Assembly: GCA_947486405.1 (NCBI GenBank)
Contig: CANKTL010000003.1
Span: forward strand, 1 to 42,465
Length of the DNA stretch: 42,465 bases
Source: a bacterium
GTDB lineage: Bacteria; Margulisbacteria; Marinamargulisbacteria; CANKTL01
Direction: 5' to 3'
Position 1 is the stretch's first letter, and every line of letters starts with the position of its first letter. The position numbers and the translations under genes were made by a program. Shown one piece after another: positions 37,175 to 42,465 of the stretch. The notes below the pieces were generated by a model. It saw nothing but the letters and a program-made list of their open reading frames with translations, searched no databases and had not been told where the DNA came from.

Positions 37175-38963
37175 CGTCTATTTTAAGGATCGTCATGAAC
37201 GCGTCCTTGGGCACTTGAATGGACCCGATACTTTTCATTTTCTTTTTGCCCTCTTTTTGTTTCTCAAGCAGTTTTCGTTTTCGCGAAATATCACCGCCAT
37301 AACACTTGGCTGTGACGTTTTTGCGGATGGCGCTAATCGACTCACGACATATAATTTTACCCCCAATTGCCCCTTGGATTGCAACGTCATACATTTGCTT
37401 TGGAATTTGTTCTTTTAACTTGGATGCCATCGAAGTCGCAATATGCCGCGCTTTGGATTCGTGAGCAATAAATGATAGCGCATCCACCGGATCACCATTG
37501 ATTTTCATATCAACTTTTACCAATTTGGCGGGCTGATATTCCTCAAACCAATAATCCATACTGGCATACCCTTTGGTACGGGATTTAAGCCGGTCAAAAA
37601 ATTGAGTGATCATTTCGTTTAATGGAATTGAAAACGTGAGCTGTTGACGCGTGTCATCCAGATATTCGGCCTTGCGGTAGATGGCGCGGCTATCTTGGCC
37701 CAGTTCCATGATGGTCCCGATATACTCATTGGGCGTAATGACGGTGAGGCCCATAAACGGCTCTTTCATCATCGCAACTCGGGTGGGATCGGGAAAATCA
37801 CTTGGGTTTTCCAGTAAAATTTCTTCACCATTGCTGAGGGTAAATTGATACGTGACGTTGGGCGCGGTGGCCACGATGTCCATATTGAATTCCCGCTCGA
37901 TGCGTTCCCGAATAATATCCATGTGCAGGAGGCCCAAAAACCCGCAACGGTATCCAAATCCCAATGCCTGGGAGCTTTCGGGCATATATTGCAGGGCTGA
38001 GTCGTTTAATTTGAGTTTTTCAAGTGCGTCTTTGAGGTTGGGGTAGTCGTTGGTATCGACCGGATAAAGGCCGCAAAACACCATCGGTTTGGCCTCGCGA
38101 TAGCCGGGTAGAGCGGTGGGCGCGGGTTTTTTGGCGGAGGTAATGGTGTCGCCAATGTGCGCGTCTTCAACCGTTTTGATGTTGGATATGACATAACCGC
38201 TTTCGCCGTTTTCAATCGCTTGAGCGGCGGTCATTTTGGGTTTGAAAAAGCCCACATCCAACACATCAAAATCGCGACCAGTGTGCATCATCTGAATTTT
38301 TTGGCCTTTTTCAATTCGCCCGCTTTTCACACGTACATAGCAAATAACCCCGCGATACGCATCAAAATGGGCGTCAAAAATCAGGGCGCGAAGGTGATCG
38401 CTTTCAAATTGGGTGGGGGCTGGTACGCGGGAGACTACCGCTTCGAGAATTTCGATAATCCCAATGCCGCTTTTGGCGCTGGCCAGCAAACATTCTTCCT
38501 GTGGAATGCCCAGCACTCGCTCAATTTCTTCGGATACTTTATTTACGTTTGCAGAGGGCAAATCAATCTTATTAATAACGGGAATAATTTCTAAATTGTG
38601 CTCCAAAGCGAGATAAAAATTGGCCAAGGTTTGGGCTTCGATTCCTTGCGTGGCGTCTACCAACAAAAGTGCGCCTTCACAGGCCGCCAACGACCGAGAC
38701 ACTTCATAACTAAAATCCACGTGGCCGGGGGTATCAATAAGGTTGAGAATGTAATCTTCCCCATTTGCCGCTTTGTAGGTTAAGCGCACGGCCTGCATTT
38801 TAATCGTTATTCCCCGCTCGCGTTCCAGATCCATGGAGTCGAGTAACTGGGGTTTCATATCCCGCATTTCAACGGTGCGTGTGGCCTCAATTAAGCGGTC
38901 TGCCAAGGTTGATTTGCCGTGGTCGATGTGGGCAATGATGCAAAAGTTTCGAATATGTTTCAT
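37161..38963 (-). CDS. lepA: Elongation factor 4 (LepA)
   Basis: IRNFCIIAHIDHGKSTLADR, DTPGHVDF, GFLGLLH, KCYGGDISRK. Confidence 0.98.
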   Translation of the reverse strand: MKHIRNFCIIAHIDHGKSTLADRLIEATRTVEMRDMKPQLLDSMDLERERGITIKMQAVRLTYKAANGEDYILNLIDTPGHVDFSYEVSRSLAACEGALLLVDATQGIEAQTLANFYLALEHNLEIIPVINKIDLPSANVNKVSEEIERVLGIPQEECLLASAKSGIGIIEILEAVVSRVPAPTQFESDHLRALIFDAHFDAYRGVICYVRVKSGRIEKGQKIQMMHTGRDFDVLDVGFFKPKMTAAQAIENGESGYVISNIKTVEDAHIGDTITSAKKPAPTALPGYREAKPMVFCGLYPVDTNDYPNLKDALEKLKLNDSALQYMPESSQALGFGYRCGFLGLLHMDIIRERIEREFNMDIVATAPNVTYQFTLSNGEEILLENPSDFPDPTRVAMMKEPFMGLTVITPNEYIGTIMELGQDSRAIYRKAEYLDDTRQQLTFSIPLNEMITQFFDRLKSRTKGYASMDYWFEEYQPAKLVKVDMKINGDPVDALSFIAHESKARHIATSMASKLKEQIPKQMYDVAIQGAIGGKIICRESISAIRKNVTAKCYGGDISRKRKLLEKQKEGKKKMKSIGSIQVPKDAFMTILKIDDAAH

Positions 38964-38980
38964 AGATTCTTTCCTATGTT

Positions 38981-39976
38981 ATGATAAAATCCTCTGTCGT
39001 GCCAATTCAAACCATCCAGCAATTAATAGAGCAGTCGCCCAGCCATCGTATTTTGGTGGTAGGAGATGTGATGTTGGACGAGTATTTGTGGTGCCAAGTG
39101 TCTCGTATTTCACCTGAGGCACCTGTGCCTGTTTGCGCGGTTTCCTCAACTACACATGTATTAGGTGGTGCTGCTAACGTCGCCGCTAATATTTTGGCCT
39201 TGGGCAGCGTGCCCATTTTGGTGGGTGTTGTGGGCGATGATCAGGGTGCCGAAAAGCTATTAAAATTGGCTGAATCCAAAAAAATTAATACCTCCGGCCT
39301 ATTGACCGTGGTCAAACGACCCACCAGCGTCAAAACTCGGATTGTGGCGCATCATCAGCACGTGGTGCGTGTGGATCACGAAACCTGCGAAGAAATTGCA
39401 ATGGCAGACCAGAATCGGGTCTTTGATGCCGTCAAATCTGAAATTGGAACAGCGAAAGCGCTGGTGTTATCGGATTATTCCAAAGGTGTGCTTACTGGCG
39501 AATTAACTCAGCGGCTAATTAAGCTGGCGGTTGAAAATAAGGTGCCGGTGCTGGTCGATCCCAAAGGCGATGACCCACATAAATATAAAGGAGCCACCAC
39601 CATGACTCCCAATTTTTCGGAATTCCAAATTTTCGCTAAAACCAAGTTTTCAGACGAGGCAAAAATCGCGGCTTTCGGTCAAAAATTGATTCAAGAATTG
39701 GGCCTTCAGGCTTTGTTAGTGACCCGGTCCGAAAAGGGCATGTCGTTGCTTAGTGCCAGCGAAAAACACGACATCCCCACCCGCGCGGTGGCCGTCTATG
39801 ACATCACTGGTGCTGGCGACACCGTTTTGGCCGCTTTTGCAGTGGCCATTGCCGACGGCTTGAACTATCTCACCGCGGCCCAGTTTGCGAATTATGCAGC
39901 GGGTGTTGTTGTTGCCAAAGTAGGTACTGCCACAACGACCTTGGCTGAAATAGCCCAGGTTTTAGACCATGCCTAA
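38981..39976 (+). CDS. rfaE1: D-glycero-beta-D-manno-heptose-7-phosphate kinase (possible start GTG 38999)
   Basis: GDVMLDEY, RISPEAPVP, GGAANVA, SDYSKG, VDPK, TPN, DITGAGDT. Confidence 0.94.
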   Translation: MIKSSVVPIQTIQQLIEQSPSHRILVVGDVMLDEYLWCQVSRISPEAPVPVCAVSSTTHVLGGAANVAANILALGSVPILVGVVGDDQGAEKLLKLAESKKINTSGLLTVVKRPTSVKTRIVAHHQHVVRVDHETCEEIAMADQNRVFDAVKSEIGTAKALVLSDYSKGVLTGELTQRLIKLAVENKVPVLVDPKGDDPHKYKGATTMTPNFSEFQIFAKTKFSDEAKIAAFGQKLIQELGLQALLVTRSEKGMSLLSASEKHDIPTRAVAVYDITGAGDTVLAAFAVAIADGLNYLTAAQFANYAAGVVVAKVGTATTTLAEIAQVLDHA

Positions 39977-40439
39977 CCCAGGTACAGTTGTTGCGTTTTC
40001 AGAGTTGGCGACGCTGGGAGATGAGCTCAGAAAAGCGGGCCAAAAAATCGTCTTTACGAATGGTTGCTTTGACATATTACACGCCGGGCACGTTCAAATT
40101 TTGGGACAAGCGCGTGCTTTAGGTGACCTACTGGTTGTGGCAATTAATTCCGATGCCAGCGTTCGAAAGCTAAAAGGCGAAAATCGGCCGATCCACTGTC
40201 AGGAAGACAGGGCAGATGTGCTGTTGGGACTTCGCGCGGTTGATTACGTCGTGGTTTTTGACACAGACACACCTATCGACTGTATTGCCGCACTCAAACC
40301 CGCCATTCACGTTAAAGGCGGGGACTATACCAAAGACCAGCTTCCCGAAACGAGAGTCGTGGAACAGTTTGGGGGCGAAGTTCGGATTTTGCCGCTTTTG
40401 CCAGGCCGATCGTCGAGTAGCGCGTTAAGTCGTCTTTGA
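39969..40439 (+). CDS. rfaE2: D-glycero-beta-D-manno-heptose 1-phosphate adenylyltransferase
   Basis: FTNGCFDILHAGH, NSDASVRKLKG..RP, VKGGDY. Confidence 0.95.
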   Translation: MPNPGTVVAFSELATLGDELRKAGQKIVFTNGCFDILHAGHVQILGQARALGDLLVVAINSDASVRKLKGENRPIHCQEDRADVLLGLRAVDYVVVFDTDTPIDCIAALKPAIHVKGGDYTKDQLPETRVVEQFGGEVRILPLLPGRSSSSALSRL

Positions 40440-40592
40440 TGGCTCTGGGGATCCATTCAGATCAAGAACCAATCCTAAAATATAATCAAACAACCCCAAC
40501 ACCGGGCCTAGGCATCCTAGATCGTGTGGCGAGTAGGAATTTGCCGCCCTGTGGCGACGGCCGTTGTGATCAAGTGCAATTATTTTATTCAT
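40425..40592 (-). CDS. Possible 55-aa small protein
   Basis: AAGGA 8 nt before ATG 40592; MNKIIALDHNGRRHRAANSYSPHDLGCLGPVLGLFDYILGLVLDLNGSPEPSKTT; no recognised homology. Confidence 0.3.
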   Translation of the reverse strand: MNKIIALDHNGRRHRAANSYSPHDLGCLGPVLGLFDYILGLVLDLNGSPEPSKTT

Positions 40593-40764
40593 AGTTTGAG
40601 TCCTTAAAAGGGCGTGGTATTCAACTTTCTTCTACATGATTACGAGTTATTAGTTGTCGGGATCGGATTTGAATAATTTCAAAGCTTCAAATAGCTACAG
40701 CCTTTGGCCTTTTCCTCCCCCTTCAACCTAAACCCAAAAACAACTATGAAACTTCTAATCGCCT

Positions 40765-40773
40765 TGTTATACT
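40765..40773 (+). promoter_or_regulatory. Extended -10 promoter of tRNA-Arg
   Basis: TGtTATACT ending 10 nt before the tRNA 5' end. Confidence 0.6.
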
Positions 40774-40783
40774 GACTGCGCTT

Positions 40784-40859
<76 letters not shown>

Positions 40860-40860
<1 letters not shown>

Positions 40861-40925
40861 GCCATCATTCAAAAATTGCCCCCTCCACGAGAAATTCGCC
40901 TGGGAACAATTTTTAAACGATGGCT
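40860..40925. repeat. 19-bp imperfect inverted repeat (hairpin) abutting the tRNA 3' end
   Basis: AGCCATCATTCAAAAATTG (40860-40878) versus CAATTTTTAAACGATGGCT (40907-40925): 17 of 19 complementary. Confidence 0.8.
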
Positions 40926-41002
40926 ACGAGTTCTTTCGATTGTTGCGCTTGCCTTTGGCTTTGCTTTTTTGTCGGAAGAAAGATAGATTTTTAGACGCCT
41001 CT

Positions 41003-41032
41003 TTGACAAACCTGTTTGCACTCAAGGACAAT
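41003..41032 (+). promoter_or_regulatory. Putative promoter of the crRNA-like element
   Basis: Perfect TTGACA (41003-41008), 18-nt spacer, GACAAT (41027-41032); predicted TSS near 41038-41040, where the closing stem begins. Confidence 0.55.
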
Positions 41033-41039
41033 TGATAGC

Positions 41040-41191
41040 GAGCCTTGGGGGTAACGAGTAGGTTCGATATGATTTCTACATTTGTAGATCCTAGCCTTGC
41101 GCAAATCGACCTAACAGAGGCTAAAGCTCCTCATTAATTTCTACTTTTGTAGATATAGATAGTAAATTTGGAGCCATTACCCCCAAAGCTC
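41040..41191 (+). ncRNA. Putative structured crRNA-like small RNA enclosing two Cas12a handles
   Basis: Closing stem GAGCCTTGGGGGTAA/TTACCCCCAAAGCTC (14 of 15), inner stem TAGGTTCGAT/ATCGACCTA, two TCTAC-N4-GTAGA hairpins. Confidence 0.55.
41071..41154 (+). CRISPR. Type V-A mini-array: degenerate handle, 29-nt spacer, full 36-nt repeat
   Basis: GATTTCTACATTTGTAGAT (41071-41089), spacer CCTAGCCTTGCGCAAATCGACCTAACAGA (41090-41118), GGCTAAAGCTCCTCATTAATTTCTACTTTTGTAGAT (41119-41154); matches the Cas12a repeat consensus AATTTCTACTnTTGTAGAT. Confidence 0.85.
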
Positions 41192-41303
41192 AGTTAGTAA
41201 GCTCCGTTTATATTTGCCAATATAACTATCCTTTAAAACAAAGCCTACATTTTGAACAATTAAATTTTAATAGATAATTTTTTGGATGATAGTGAATAAA
41301 CTA

Positions 41304-41332
41304 TTTACAACAAGCGGCAAGGGTGCTACTTT
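41304..41332 (+). promoter_or_regulatory. Putative cas12a promoter
   Basis: TTTACA (41304-41309), 17-nt spacer, TGc-TACTTT (-10 at 41327-41332); RBS AAGGAG at 41380-41385. Confidence 0.55.
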
Positions 41333-41391
41333 TCCGTCAGTCACCCGCCCTCCACGAACACGGCACAGATTTAATCTAAAAGGAGAAAAAT

Positions 41392-42465
41392 ATGAAAAAA
41401 CCCGAAAAGATACACGAATCCAAAACCAACCTTTATTCGGTTAGTAAAACGCTGCGCTTCAAACTAAAGCCTATCGGGGAAACCGAAATTACCTTTGATT
41501 CTAGCAAAATTCGCGACGAGGATGAAAAGCGAAACGTGGCGTACCAGGAAGTCAAAAAAATGATGGATGTGCTACATCGGAATTTCATTAACGACACACT
41601 GAATAGCATCCGTCTCAATTCTGACTTACTTGAAAAATATATCGGCTTGTTTCAGATAAAGGACAAGGACGAGAAACAAAAAAAAGACCTAACGGACACT
41701 CAATCCAAACTCCGAAAAGAAATCCATTTAAAATTCACAGAAGAGGGGCTCTATAAGCATTTGTTTGATAAAGAAGTTCTCCAACTACTCAAGGACGATA
41801 TTGAACGGATTCGCAATGACAAGCACATCAGCCTAAGCCCCAATGATGCTTTGGACTGCATTAACCAGTTTGATAAATTCACTACCTATTTTCGGGGCTT
41901 CTTTGAAAATCGAAAAAATATGTATTCTCATGACGAAATACATACCAGCGTGACCCACCGAATCGTTAACGAAAACATCCCTATTTTCTTGCAGAACCAA
42001 AATACGTTTCAAAAATTGAATTCAAAATACCCTGAAATACTTTCTAAGTTTGAAGAAAAGCAATTCAAACAAATCCTCGACAAATTCAAAATGGATACCT
42101 ACCCTCCTTTAGCGTCTATTTTTGAAAATGATTCTATCAACCGCATCCTAGATCAAAATGGTATCGATTTTTACAATGCCATTCTGGGTGCTTACAAAGA
42201 GGATAACAAGATTAAATCCATCATCGGATTAAACCAATTAATCAACCAAGAATGCCACCAAACTGGGGACAAAACTATCGGTAAATTATCTAAATTAAAA
42301 AAACAGATTCTTTCAGATATCGGATCCATATCCACCCGTCCAGAACCCTTTGTTACTGACAGTGATATGTATGTAGCGGTCGCCAAATTCTACGAAATCA
42401 GTCGCGATTCATTTTCAAATTTAGAACGGGTTATAAGCTCATTAGCGGAAGGGCAGCTCCCAACA
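41392..42465 (+). CDS. cas12a: Type V-A CRISPR effector Cas12a (Cpf1), N-terminal 358 aa, runs off the window end
   Basis: Hand translation shows no stop codon. Motifs TNLYSVSKTLRFKLKPIGET, DEKRNVAYQEVKKMMD, FTTYFRGFFENRKNMYS, HRIVNEN, GIDFYNAILG, GLNQLIN and LKKQILSD are the WED-I/REC1 motifs of Cas12a. Strong RBS and adjacent V-A repeats. Confidence 0.96.
   Translation, partial: MKKPEKIHESKTNLYSVSKTLRFKLKPIGETEITFDSSKIRDEDEKRNVAYQEVKKMMDVLHRNFINDTLNSIRLNSDLLEKYIGLFQIKDKDEKQKKDLTDTQSKLRKEIHLKFTEEGLYKHLFDKEVLQLLKDDIERIRNDKHISLSPNDALDCINQFDKFTTYFRGFFENRKNMYSHDEIHTSVTHRIVNENIPIFLQNQNTFQKLNSKYPEILSKFEEKQFKQILDKFKMDTYPPLASIFENDSINRILDQNGIDFYNAILGAYKEDNKIKSIIGLNQLINQECHQTGDKTIGKLSKLKKQILSDIGSISTRPEPFVTDSDMYVAVAKFYEISRDSFSNLERVISSLAEGQLPT

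Noticed and set aside
41090-41118. 29-nt spacer targeting the cas12a promoter or its own promoter
   Set aside because: Only 6-7 nt matches (CCTTGC, AGCCTTG) were found by eye, none with a TTTV PAM in register.
41244-41256. CTACATTTTG as a third degenerate repeat
   Set aside because: It lacks the GTAGA half, cannot form the hairpin and is off the repeat period.
40881-41357. Direct repeat CCCTCCACGA at 40881 and 41348 as a target-site duplication
   Set aside because: A single 10-mer match within about 500 bp is plausible by chance, and there are no terminal repeats or transposase.
41433-42386. Two short minus-strand ORFs (41433-41618 and 42192-42386)
   Set aside because: Both are antisense to the cas12a frame.
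41392-42465. Cas12a2-like or tRNA-cleaving variant, suggested by the adjacent tRNA
   Set aside because: REC1 motifs are those of canonical Cas12a, and tRNA adjacency is more simply explained as an integration site.

Overview
Bacterial chromosome window. Most of it is housekeeping: response regulator, rpsF-ssb-ssb-rpsR-rplI-uvrC-M23 peptidase, a long GlpX-like protein, hemA-C-cobA/hemD-B-L, rho, rlmD, miaA-pgpH-ybeY-dgkA-CNNM, coaX, ileS-pfkB, an Opp/Dpp ABC transporter, lepA-pabB-pabC and split heptose genes rfaE1/rfaE2. Terrabacteria-type genes (PgpH cluster, CobA-HemD fusion) sit alongside LPS-heptose genes and Rho, which suggests a diderm lineage such as Margulisbacteria; this is inference only. 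The last 1.7 kb is the most interesting part and is missed by the ORF track. After tRNA-Arg(ACG) (40784-40860) the sequence turns AT-rich and an open frame from 41392 to the window end encodes the N-terminal 358 aa of a Cas12a (Cpf1). Upstream of it is a promoter-driven, ~150-nt structured element with two Cas12a repeat handles (one degenerate, one full 36-nt) 29 nt apart, clamped by a 15-bp inverted repeat. The guide after the intact repeat partially matches PAM-flanked sites just upstream of the cas12a promoter, and a 22-codon ORF runs from handle to handle. This is a candidate crRNA-like regulatory or addiction module. Other oddities are a WH2-like orphan protein with a possible frameshift, a uvrC needing a non-canonical start, tandem ssb paralogues and several leaderless or bidirectional promoters.
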